From an uncultured Trichococcus sp. (GTDB lineage: Bacteria; Bacillota; Bacilli; Lactobacillales; Aerococcaceae), in the NCBI GenBank assembly GCA_963667775.1, contig OY764015.1, positions 945,168 to 1,009,167 on the forward strand: a stretch of DNA of 64,000 bases, in the 5' to 3' direction. Each line of letters begins with the position of its first letter. Position 1 is the first letter of the stretch. The notes beneath the pieces were generated by a model, which saw only the letters and a list, made by a program, of their open reading frames with translations, was not told the DNA's origin and did no database searches. This document shows positions 1 to 8,344 of this stretch, piece by piece. The translations under genes were made by a program, and so were the position numbers.

Positions 1-280
1 CAATTTTTGGTTGAGAAACAGGATCCAATCCAGCTTCTTCGATAGCTTGTGAATAAGCAGTAGGCAAAGCGCCATTCAATGCATCTTCAAATAAAGATTC
101 TTCACCATAAATATTGTTGAATACGTGACGAGGAACTTTACCTTTACGGAATCCAGGAACGGAAACGCTCTTTTTCACTTTGTTGAAGACTTTATCCATT
201 TCTTGTTTGATGATTTCTTCTGAAATTTCAAATGTTAAGACACCATCGTTAGTGCCTGTTTTTTCCCAGTTTGCAGTCAT
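1..280 (-). CDS. tig: Trigger factor, N-terminal fragment (gene runs off the window start)
   Basis: Own reverse-strand translation from ATG 280-278 gives MTANWEKTGTNDGVLTFEISEEIIKQEMDKVFNKVKKSVSVPGFRKGKVPRHVF..., the ribosome-binding N-terminus of trigger factor (GFRKGKVP motif). GGAGG SD lies 7 nt upstream. Not in the ORF track because it is cut by the window edge. Confidence 0.85.
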   Translation of the reverse strand, partial: MTANWEKTGTNDGVLTFEISEEIIKQEMDKVFNKVKKSVSVPGFRKGKVPRHVFNNIYGEESLFEDALNGALPTAYSQAIEEAGLDPVSQPKI

Positions 281-453
281 TTACTTTCCTCCAAAAATCT
301 TGATTTTATTGCAATTAATTTGATATTGCACACTCTCCAATACTACACTAGAAAAGTGATGTTGTAAACATAAAGTGCTTAATTATTCCGTTTTCGTTCA
401 AAAAATGTGGCCGCTATCAACGCTTTAGCCTTCGATTTTAACGGTTTCTTAGA

Positions 454-482
454 TTTCTTTCACCGCATGTTTTTGGTATAAT
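454..482 (+). promoter_or_regulatory. Putative sigma-A promoter of recU-ponA (extended -10)
   Basis: TGgTATAAT at 474-482, about 22 nt upstream of the GGAGGTG SD and the GTG start of recU. The -35 (TTTCTT) is weak. Confidence 0.5.
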
Positions 483-504
483 CATTCAATGGAGGTGATC
501 GTCA

Positions 505-1119
505 GTGGCCGTAAATTATCCGAACGGCAAAAAGTTCCATGCCGAGTCGCATATGCCGAAAACTGAAAAGAGGAAAGACTTCCTATACAGCAACCGGGGA
601 ATGACACTTGAAGAAGAGATCAACAGCAGCAACGAACATTACCTTTCATCAGGAAAAGCCGTCATCCATAAAAAGCCGACGCCTATCCAAGTCGTCAAAG
701 TGGACTATCCCAAAAGAAGTGCAGCCGTCATCAAAGAGGCCTACTACAGGCAGTCCTCCACTACCGACTACAACGGCGTCTACAAAGGGCTATACCTGGA
801 CTTTGAGGCCAAAGAAACAAAAAATAAGACAGCCATACCCTTGAGCAACTTCCACGCGCATCAGATCATCCACATGAAAAGGTGTATCCAACAGCAAGGA
901 ATCACATTCGTACTGATCCGGTTTTCCTTTTTCAACCGCGTCTTCTTGCTGAACAGTTCCTATCTGATTGACTTTTGGGAGAATACATTGAATAATGGCC
1001 GTAAATCGATCCCTTTGGCTTTCATTGAGGATAATGGGATCGAAGTGGCATACGGATTCAATCCCCGACTGGATTATCTGGATGCAGTGGACAAAATGCT
1101 TGAACGCACTATCAAATAA
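505..1119 (+). CDS. recU: Holliday junction resolvase RecU
   Basis: GTG start with GGAGGTG SD. The 204 aa product reads YSNRGMTLEEEIN...DYNGVY.G.YLDFEAKET, as in RecU. Sits immediately upstream of ponA, as in B. subtilis. Confidence 0.9.
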   Translation: MAVNYPNGKKFHAESHMPKTEKRKDFLYSNRGMTLEEEINSSNEHYLSSGKAVIHKKPTPIQVVKVDYPKRSAAVIKEAYYRQSSTTDYNGVYKGLYLDFEAKETKNKTAIPLSNFHAHQIIHMKRCIQQQGITFVLIRFSFFNRVFLLNSSYLIDFWENTLNNGRKSIPLAFIEDNGIEVAYGFNPRLDYLDAVDKMLERTIK

Positions 1120-1136
1120 TTTAAGAGGTGAACCAC

Positions 1137-3686
1137 ATGCCGAATGAAGGCAATCATACACGATCACGCGCAAACAACAAACAAAAGAACGGAAAAACAA
1201 AAGGCCCACGCAAAGCGGCCGTAAAAACAAAAAAAAGCGGGATGCCGCTCTGGAAGAAAGCAGTCTTCGGCATTTTTGCCTTAGGAATGATCGGACTCGC
1301 TGCAGGGGCGGGGCTGTTCTTCTACTACGTCTCTTCCGCTCCTGAACTGACCGAGGAAAAGCTGATCGGAACAGTGGCATCAACAATTTTGGACCTGGAC
1401 GGAAACGAAATCAAGGAGATCGGCGGCAACGACCAGAACCGGACATTGGTCAGCGCTGAAGAAATTCCGCAAGTCCTGAAGGATGCCATCGTATCGATTG
1501 AAGATCAGCGTTTCTACGATCACAAGGGTGTCGATCCGATCCGGATCCTAGGTGCTTTGTTCGCGAACCTCCAACAAGGCGGCATTTCGCAAGGCGGAAG
1601 CACCATCACCCAGCAATTGATAAAATTATCCTATTTTTCAACCAGTTCCGAAGACCAAACACTGGAGAGAAAGGCTCAGGAAGCCTGGATGTCCATGCAA
1701 CTGGAACGGGAATATACGAAAGACGAGATTTTGGCTTTCTATATCAACAAAGTCTACATGTCCAACAACGTATACGGCATGGGAACGGCCGCCGAATATT
1801 TCTTCGGAAAGACCATCACCGACGTGTCACTTGCTGAAGCCGCCACGTTGGCTGGCATGCCGCAAGCCCCTTCCCTGTATGATCCGATCTATAACCCGTC
1901 GGCCACGCAAGCCAGACGTGACCTCGTTCTCGACATGATGGTCGAAAACGGGAAAATCACCCCAGAAGAAAGCGCCGAAGCGAAAACAGTCCAAATTGAT
2001 GGCAGCATACTCGATCACTCCGGTGACGTCAACACCTCACTAGTGATCGATCCATATATCCAGCTCGTCATCGATGAAGTCACCGAAAAGACCGGCTTGG
2101 ACGTCTATGAAGGTGGACTGACGATCACAACCAATATCGATATGGATGCCCAGCAACGTCTGTACGATATCGTAAATACCTACGATTACATCGAATTTCC
2201 GGATGATCTACTGCAGACTGGTGTTTCTATGGTCGATGTCAACACTGGTGCCATCCAGGCAGTCATCGGTGGACGCAACCAAAATGTGCAGCTTGGACTC
2301 AATCGCGCCTCAACACTCGAACGCAGCATCGGTTCGACGATGAAGCCATTGGCGGTTTACGGACCGGCCATCGAATACTTGGATTATTCGACAGGCACAT
2401 TGGTCGTCGATGAGGCTTACAGCTACTCGGACGGCAGCGAAATCAACAACTACGACAACAAGTACAAAGGTGATCAGACTATCCGCGAAGCATTGGTCGA
2501 TTCGCGCAACATTCCGGCATTGAAGACTTTCCAGGAAGTCGGTGCCGATAGCGCCTTTTCTTTCCTGCAAAAATTGGGCATCACGATCACGAACGATGGC
2601 CAGGAGTATTTGGTCGAGTCCAATGCCATCGGCGGCGAAGCGACACCGATCGAGCTTTCCGCAGCCTATGCAGCTTTCGCTAACGGGGGCACTTACTACG
2701 AGCCTTACACGGTCCAATCCGTGACGACTGCGGAGGGCGAAGAATTCTCCTTCGAACCGAACGGAACGGAAGCGATGAAGGAGTCCACGGCCTACATGAT
2801 CACAGATATGCTGAAGGGCGTCATCACCGATGGAACGGCTAAAAATGCCCAGATACCGGGCTTGCCGCAGGCCGGCAAAACCGGAACAACCAACTACACG
2901 GATGAAGAATTGGCAGCAGTCGGCGGCACAAACGTACCTTACGCAGCTCCCGATGCCTGGTTCGCCGGATATTCGACAAGCCACTCCATTTCGGTATGGG
3001 TCGGCTATGACAATTCCAAAGAATACGGAAACTTTTTGGATTACCAGACACAGAGCCTGACGCGTGACATATATAGGGAGTTGATGTCCTATGTGTCCCA
3101 AGATACCGACTATGCCGATTGGACGCTGCCTGCATCGGTCAGCCAAGTCTCGATCGAAAAGTACACAGATCCGATCATGAAGCCCGGCCCAAATACGCCG
3201 AGCAACCTGATCGCCACAGAGCTTTTCGTCAAAGGAACGGAACCTACTTCCGTCTCCAAGAAATACGGCGTAACGCTGCTGGCACCTTCCGGTTTGAAGG
3301 CCAGCTATGATGCGGATAAGGATGAATTGACCATCGAATGGGATGAATATTCAGCCAGCGGCACCGACTCCAACGCACAAGCGCAATATACGGTGACTGC
3401 AGGCGACACATCCAGAACAACAACGGACACCAAAGTCATCCTGGATAACCCTGGTAAAGGCACACTCACGATTTCCTTGGTCGTTAAAGTCGGTTCAAGC
3501 ACCTCACCGGCTTCTTCCATCCAGTTGACCATCGCCGATCCGGTAAAGGATTCCTCCGAAGCGGATTCCGAAGATGAGGGCAATACAGCAAAAGACTCCT
3601 CTTCTTCGTCCTCCAGTTCTTCAGCGGAAAGCGAACAATCATCCCCCGCTGCACAGGATAACGAGGAAGAAAATCAAAATCCATAA
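1137..3686 (+). CDS. ponA: Class A penicillin-binding protein PBP1A (glycosyltransferase plus transpeptidase) with a Ser/Asp/Glu-rich C-terminal tail
   Basis: GT51 motifs EDQRFYDHKG and GGSTITQQ. Transpeptidase motifs STMKP, SRN and KTGTT. ATG at 1137 lies 6 nt after the AGAGGTG SD; the track start at 1128 (GTG) sits inside the SD. Confidence 0.9.
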   Translation: MPNEGNHTRSRANNKQKNGKTKGPRKAAVKTKKSGMPLWKKAVFGIFALGMIGLAAGAGLFFYYVSSAPELTEEKLIGTVASTILDLDGNEIKEIGGNDQNRTLVSAEEIPQVLKDAIVSIEDQRFYDHKGVDPIRILGALFANLQQGGISQGGSTITQQLIKLSYFSTSSEDQTLERKAQEAWMSMQLEREYTKDEILAFYINKVYMSNNVYGMGTAAEYFFGKTITDVSLAEAATLAGMPQAPSLYDPIYNPSATQARRDLVLDMMVENGKITPEESAEAKTVQIDGSILDHSGDVNTSLVIDPYIQLVIDEVTEKTGLDVYEGGLTITTNIDMDAQQRLYDIVNTYDYIEFPDDLLQTGVSMVDVNTGAIQAVIGGRNQNVQLGLNRASTLERSIGSTMKPLAVYGPAIEYLDYSTGTLVVDEAYSYSDGSEINNYDNKYKGDQTIREALVDSRNIPALKTFQEVGADSAFSFLQKLGITITNDGQEYLVESNAIGGEATPIELSAAYAAFANGGTYYEPYTVQSVTTAEGEEFSFEPNGTEAMKESTAYMITDMLKGVITDGTAKNAQIPGLPQAGKTGTTNYTDEELAAVGGTNVPYAAPDAWFAGYSTSHSISVWVGYDNSKEYGNFLDYQTQSLTRDIYRELMSYVSQDTDYADWTLPASVSQVSIEKYTDPIMKPGPNTPSNLIATELFVKGTEPTSVSKKYGVTLLAPSGLKASYDADKDELTIEWDEYSASGTDSNAQAQYTVTAGDTSRTTTDTKVILDNPGKGTLTISLVVKVGSSTSPASSIQLTIADPVKDSSEADSEDEGNTAKDSSSSSSSSSAESEQSSPAAQDNEEENQNP

Positions 3687-3727
3687 AAAACAGCCAGTTC
3701 CTTTATCGGGAGCTGGCTGTTTTTTTG
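3685..3727. terminator. Bidirectional intrinsic terminator between convergent ponA and nth
   Basis: A-run, then stem ACAGCCAG..CTGGCTGT, then T-run (aaaaaacagccagttcctttatcgggagctggctgttttttt). Confidence 0.75.
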
Positions 3728-3758
3728 TTCCGGATGCCGAAAGCTACTCAGATCCGTT

Positions 3759-4406
3759 TCATTTCAAACCCAAACGCTTCTGCCCTTCCTGGCACATCGA
3801 AAGCAACGGGCAAACTTCACACTTGGGGTTTCGGGCTGTGCAATGGTACCTGCCGAAGAAAATCATCTGGTGATGGGCATCAGACCAGCGTTCCTTCGGA
3901 ATTTTCTTCATCAGCAGTTCCTCCACGTCCAGAACCGATGCTTTCTGGGGAGCTATGCGCAGACGTTTCGATATCCGCTCCACGTGCGTATCCACTGCAA
4001 TTGCCGGAATATGAAAACCGACACTCATGACGACATTTGCCGTTTTGCGCCCTACTCCGGGCAACTTGGTCAGTTCCTCAAGCGTGCGCGGCACTTCGCC
4101 GCCGAAGTCCTCCAGCAGCATTTTGCAGCATTTTTGGATATTGGCAGCTTTGGTCCGGTATAAGCCGATTGTCCTGATTTCTTGGATGATCGACTCGAGC
4201 GGGGCCGCAACGAAAGTCTCGGGCGTGGGGAAGCGGTCGAACAGGCTTGGCGTAACTTTGTTGACGGAAACATCCGTGGCCTGGGCGCTGAGGAGTGTCG
4301 CAATCAACAGCTGAAACACGTTCCGGTGCAGCAATTCGCACTGCGCATTCGGGAACAGCGCCGCCATTTCATCCAGCGCTTCTACCGTCTTTCTTTTCGA
4401 TAACAT
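3759..4406 (-). CDS. nth: Endonuclease III
   Basis: HhH motif LPGVGRKTANVV and the C-terminal 4Fe-4S cluster C-X6-C-X2-C-X5-C (CTARNPKCEVCPLLSMC). Confidence 0.9.
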   Translation of the reverse strand: MLSKRKTVEALDEMAALFPNAQCELLHRNVFQLLIATLLSAQATDVSVNKVTPSLFDRFPTPETFVAAPLESIIQEIRTIGLYRTKAANIQKCCKMLLEDFGGEVPRTLEELTKLPGVGRKTANVVMSVGFHIPAIAVDTHVERISKRLRIAPQKASVLDVEELLMKKIPKERWSDAHHQMIFFGRYHCTARNPKCEVCPLLSMCQEGQKRLGLK

Positions 4407-4418
4407 ATTTCACCCCAT

Positions 4419-5126
4419 CTATGCGTCCGCGTCAGTGTCCAGCCAATTGTACAACGGCACTTCCATCGGCGCATCCGTTCTCGCTTTTTCATCAAAATTA
4501 CCCTGATTGCTTTGGGGCCGCGTCGATTGCTGTTGGACCAAATCTTTTACGCTTTTGATGTTTTTCTTCTCCCAAGCCAATAGAATGCGGTCGATGTATT
4601 TCAGGCTGTAAACGCGATTCAATACCGCTTCTTTTAGAGCTGATTCGATCAATTCGAGCGGATAGTGGTCCATATCGATCCAGCTCGCAATGGTCTGCAT
4701 CTCGATGGGCGATAAGTTCCGCCCGAATTCCTGCTCGAACATGGTCATGATATTCTTCTCCTGCTGCTGGATGGGCTGTTTTTTCTCGGAACGTTCCATC
4801 AATTGAAATAGCCGTTGATAGATCGGATCCAAGGAATAGGAGTCCTCCACCTTGCCGGCGAGATCATTTTTCGTCTCCATCAAAATCATTTGCTTCTGCA
4901 TCAGATTATGCAGCAAGGAAAAGACATCCTTTTCGGCAATACCCATATTTTCAGCAATCAATGCCAGATTCGGAAACGGGATGTTCTTATCGATGTAAGC
5001 TTTCAGCTGGAGCACAAAAATGAATTCCGTATCGGTAAGCCCGATCCTTTTGTAATTCTGCAGCAAAAAATTCGGGATCAGCGTCTGGCCAGATTCGATC
5101 CATTTGGTTAATTCGTTGTATGACAT
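4419..5126 (-). CDS. dnaD: Replication initiation/membrane attachment protein DnaD
   Basis: DnaD-type N- and C-terminal domains (FEQEFGRNLSPIEMQTIASW, YIDRILLAWEKK). Lies between asnS and nth, as in B. subtilis. Confidence 0.85.
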   Translation of the reverse strand: MSYNELTKWIESGQTLIPNFLLQNYKRIGLTDTEFIFVLQLKAYIDKNIPFPNLALIAENMGIAEKDVFSLLHNLMQKQMILMETKNDLAGKVEDSYSLDPIYQRLFQLMERSEKKQPIQQQEKNIMTMFEQEFGRNLSPIEMQTIASWIDMDHYPLELIESALKEAVLNRVYSLKYIDRILLAWEKKNIKSVKDLVQQQSTRPQSNQGNFDEKARTDAPMEVPLYNWLDTDADA

Positions 5127-5233
5127 TATATTGATAAACTCCTTCAGAGTAAAAGGAAGCGGAACAAATAGTTGCTATTTGCCCCACTCCCATTCTGTTG
5201 TGATTAAATTCAGTTTCGCGGAATGCCCTAGTA

Positions 5234-6532
5234 TTAAGGATAGATTCTGTTCAGTAGACGAGGGAACGGGATCGACTCACGGATGTGTTCGGTTCCGGAA
5301 ATCCAAGTCACCATTCTTTCAAGTCCCAGTCCGAATCCGGAATGGGGCACTGAACCGTATTTACGCAGATCCAAATACCACGAATAATCATCCTTGCTCA
5401 GGCCGAATTTTTCGATCTGTTCGCTTAAGCGTTGGTAGTCCACTTCGCGTTCGCTGCCGCCGATTATTTCTCCATATCCTTCAGGAGCGATCATATCCGC
5501 GCAAAGAACGACTTCCGGACGATCCGGATGTTCTTTCATGTAAAAAGGCTTGATCGCTTTCGGATAATTCAAGATGAATACCGGTCTGTCCGACTGGTTT
5601 GCGATAAAGGTTTCGTGGGGCGAACCGAAATCATCTCCCCAGACGATATCATCAAAGCCATTTGCGTTCAATAGGGCTACCGCATCATCATAGCTGATGC
5701 GGTCATAAGGCAATTGCGTATATTTTTTAAGCAATTCTTTGTCGCGCTCGAGCGTATCCAAGTAGATATCGCAATGATCCAGCACTGATTGGACCAGATA
5801 AGCGACATATTTTTCTTGGACTTCCAGACTTTGTTCCTGATGCATGAAGGCCATTTCCGGCTCCATCATCCAGAATTCGATCAGATGGCGGCGTGTCTTC
5901 GATTTTTCGGCCCGGAAAGTCGGCCCGAATGAGAACACTTTTCCGAAGGCCATTGCGGCCGCTTCCATATACAACTGCCCACTCTGGGACAAGTAAGCTT
6001 CCTCATCGAAATACTTGGTGTGGAACAGCTCGGTCGTCCCTTCCGGCGCGCTGCCGGTCAGAATCGGCGGATCCACCTTGATGAACCCTTCCTGATTAAA
6101 GAATTCATAAGTGGCGCGGATGATTTCATTGCGGATCTTCATGATGGCGTGCTGTCGGGATGAACGCAGCCAAAGATGGCGATGATCCATCAGGAAATCT
6201 GTTCCGTGCTCTTTAGGCGTGATCGGATAATCTTGGCTTTCTCCCAGCACTTCGATGCCAGTAACGAGCAATTCGTAACCAAGCTTCGAGCGGGTATCCT
6301 CCTGGATAATTCCTTTGACGATCAACGAAGTTTCTTGCGTCAGTGATTTTGCGACGTCAAACAACTCTTCGCCGACATCGTTTTTCAAAACAATGCCTTG
6401 GAAATAATGGGCGCCGTCACGCAATTGCAGAAAAGCGATTTTCCCGCTGCTTCTTTTGTTGGTGACCCAAGCACCTATGGAAATCTCTTGCCCTACATAT
6501 TCTTTTGCTTGGTCCATTGTGATAAGTTTCAA
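5234..6532 (-). CDS. asnS: Asparagine--tRNA ligase
   Basis: 432 aa with a TTG start. The N-terminus [22 protein letters not shown] aligns with B. subtilis AsnS. Class II motifs FRAE and GFGLGLER are present. Confidence 0.92.
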   Translation of the reverse strand: MKLITMDQAKEYVGQEISIGAWVTNKRSSGKIAFLQLRDGAHYFQGIVLKNDVGEELFDVAKSLTQETSLIVKGIIQEDTRSKLGYELLVTGIEVLGESQDYPITPKEHGTDFLMDHRHLWLRSSRQHAIMKIRNEIIRATYEFFNQEGFIKVDPPILTGSAPEGTTELFHTKYFDEEAYLSQSGQLYMEAAAMAFGKVFSFGPTFRAEKSKTRRHLIEFWMMEPEMAFMHQEQSLEVQEKYVAYLVQSVLDHCDIYLDTLERDKELLKKYTQLPYDRISYDDAVALLNANGFDDIVWGDDFGSPHETFIANQSDRPVFILNYPKAIKPFYMKEHPDRPEVVLCADMIAPEGYGEIIGGSEREVDYQRLSEQIEKFGLSKDDYSWYLDLRKYGSVPHSGFGLGLERMVTWISGTEHIRESIPFPRLLNRIYP

Positions 6533-6564
6533 ACTATTCTACCCCTTTTACCACAAAAAATAGT

Positions 6565-7755
6565 TTATTTTTTGTGGGTTTCGATAAATTTTTTGATGCG
6601 ATCTACTGCTTCTGCCAACAGTTCTTCTCTAACAGTATAACTTATTCTGGCGTAATCAGGGTACCCAAAACCATCGCCTGAGACTAAAGCGACATTTGCT
6701 TCCTCGATCAGAGCCAGCGTGAAGTCTTTGACTTCTTTGAAGCCGCACATCTCAGCAGCCTCCTTAACATTCGGGAACAGGTAGAAGGCACCTTGAGGTT
6801 TTGTGACCTTGAAACCAGGAATGCTTGCAACCAATGGATAGAAGAAGTTCAGGCGTGCTTCAAAAGCTGCACGCATTTCCTCGACGAAGTCTTGCGGCCC
6901 GGTCAATGCAGCCAAGGCGCCATATTGGCTTGGTCCAGCGGGGTTGCTCGTAGAATGACTGGATAATTCAATCATTTTACTGATGATATCCGCATTGCCG
7001 ATTGCATATCCGATTCTCCAGCCTGTCATAGCATAGGTTTTGGAGATTCCGTTGATGATGACTGTTTGGTTCTTGATTTCCTCTGATAGGGAAGCGATTG
7101 AGATGGCTTCATTTCCGTTATAAGTCAGTCGGTAATATATTTCATCAGCGATGATCAAGATATCGTGCGCAACCGCCCACTCGCCGATCGCCTTCAGTTC
7201 TTCAGGCGTATAGATCATACCGGTCGGATTCGACGGCGAATTCAAAAGCAAAGCAACCGTTTTTTCGGTGCGATTGTTTTCCAGATCTTCCACAGTCAGT
7301 TTAAAGTCTTTTTCAGGTGCTGTTTCGACGAGCACATTGACGCCGCCCGCCAATTTTATCTGTTCCGTGTAGCTTACCCAATACGGAACAGGCACAATGA
7401 CTTCATCTCCGGGATTAAGAATGACTTGGAATAGCGCAAACAAAGCGTTTTTGGCCCCTTCAGTCACGATGACCTGATTGACGGCGTAACTGATTCCGTC
7501 ATATTTTTGATGGTAATCCACAATCGCTTGACGCAATGGCAGGATACCGGCAGTCGGCGTGTAATGATTCGCTTTGTTTGATTGGATTGCCTCTACAGCC
7601 GCATTCAAAATTGAAACGTGCGTATCGAAGTCCGGCTCCCCTACGGTCAAGTTAAGGATATCCTTGCCTTGCGCTTTCATGACGTTGACTTTTGCTGACG
7701 TCGCCAATGTTGGGGATTCGCTTATTTTTTTCATTCTTTCAGAAATTTTTACCAT
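6565..7755 (-). CDS. aspB: Aspartate aminotransferase (PLP-dependent, class I)
   Basis: Motifs GEPDF, NPSNPTG and SKTYAMTGWRIGY (PLP lysine). I place the start at the ATG 8 nt after the GGAG SD (track M4). Confidence 0.85.
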   Translation of the reverse strand: MVKISERMKKISESPTLATSAKVNVMKAQGKDILNLTVGEPDFDTHVSILNAAVEAIQSNKANHYTPTAGILPLRQAIVDYHQKYDGISYAVNQVIVTEGAKNALFALFQVILNPGDEVIVPVPYWVSYTEQIKLAGGVNVLVETAPEKDFKLTVEDLENNRTEKTVALLLNSPSNPTGMIYTPEELKAIGEWAVAHDILIIADEIYYRLTYNGNEAISIASLSEEIKNQTVIINGISKTYAMTGWRIGYAIGNADIISKMIELSSHSTSNPAGPSQYGALAALTGPQDFVEEMRAAFEARLNFFYPLVASIPGFKVTKPQGAFYLFPNVKEAAEMCGFKEVKDFTLALIEEANVALVSGDGFGYPDYARISYTVREELLAEAVDRIKKFIETHKK

Positions 7756-7770
7756 CTCAATCACTCCAAT

Positions 7771-8256
7771 TTATATGTTTTCTATATCTTTGAGCCATTT
7801 ACCAGAAATAGCGGATATCAAATAGTAACCAATCGTTTCATTTGCATTTTTGTAGGTGACTTCCCAAACCGGTTCTTCGTTCTCTATCCCGAGTCTTGCT
7901 TCCATAATCCTTTCAGGCTTCTTATCCGCCTGGGTGATTGATTTGGCTTCACTTTCGGTGATGACTTCTGCTGTGTTCAGGATAGTGGTTTCACCGCCGT
8001 CTTTCTTTATGATGATATACAATTCTTCGTTGTTGTCATCGATACCAGCCAGTGAAAAATACGTTTCGGATCCATTGTACCAATAAAAATCTTGGACTTG
8101 CTGGATGTTGGCAAGCTCTTCCGCAATGGCGGTTGCTTCTTTCTCCGCCTGCAACATCGGCTGCTGGCTTCGGTAAAATATCGTGTAGGAGCTGACGATC
8201 ATCAGGAAGAGAATCACAATCGTCCCAACAATGATATTTTTCTTCACATCTTCCAC
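7771..8256 (-). CDS. ypmB: YpmB-like membrane-anchored PepSY/DUF5590 protein
   Basis: N-terminal TM segment, then ..YNGSETYF...PVWEVTY, as in B. subtilis YpmB. Conserved position between dinG and aspB. Confidence 0.6.
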   Translation of the reverse strand: MEDVKKNIIVGTIVILFLMIVSSYTIFYRSQQPMLQAEKEATAIAEELANIQQVQDFYWYNGSETYFSLAGIDDNNEELYIIIKKDGGETTILNTAEVITESEAKSITQADKKPERIMEARLGIENEEPVWEVTYKNANETIGYYLISAISGKWLKDIENI

Positions 8257-8344
8257 TTCCTTGTCTTTTTTTGAAACTTAACCGTAATCTCACCTAATTA
8301 TTAATGATACCTTAAACTTGAAGATGAGGGAATATCCCGACGCA

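Noticed and set aside
2310-3146. 278 aa minus-strand ORF inside ponA (plus other antisense ORFs at 790-1386, 12665-13354, 48997-49764, 53380-54099, 54623-55363)
   Set aside because: All of them lie antisense within genes of confident identity, lack SDs and have Arg/Cys-rich nonsense-like composition. They look like by-products of low stop-codon frequency in the antisense frame.
3590-3640. Serine run at the PBP1A C-terminus as a possible DNA tandem repeat or phase-variable tract
   Set aside because: The nine Ser codons are mixed (tcc, tct, tcg, agt, tca), so there is no nucleotide-level repeat. It is a low-complexity protein tail only.
6533-6564. Possible T-box or other leader upstream of asnS
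   Set aside because: The gap to aspB is only 32 bp, so there is no room for a T-box. asnS is evidently co-transcribed with aspB.
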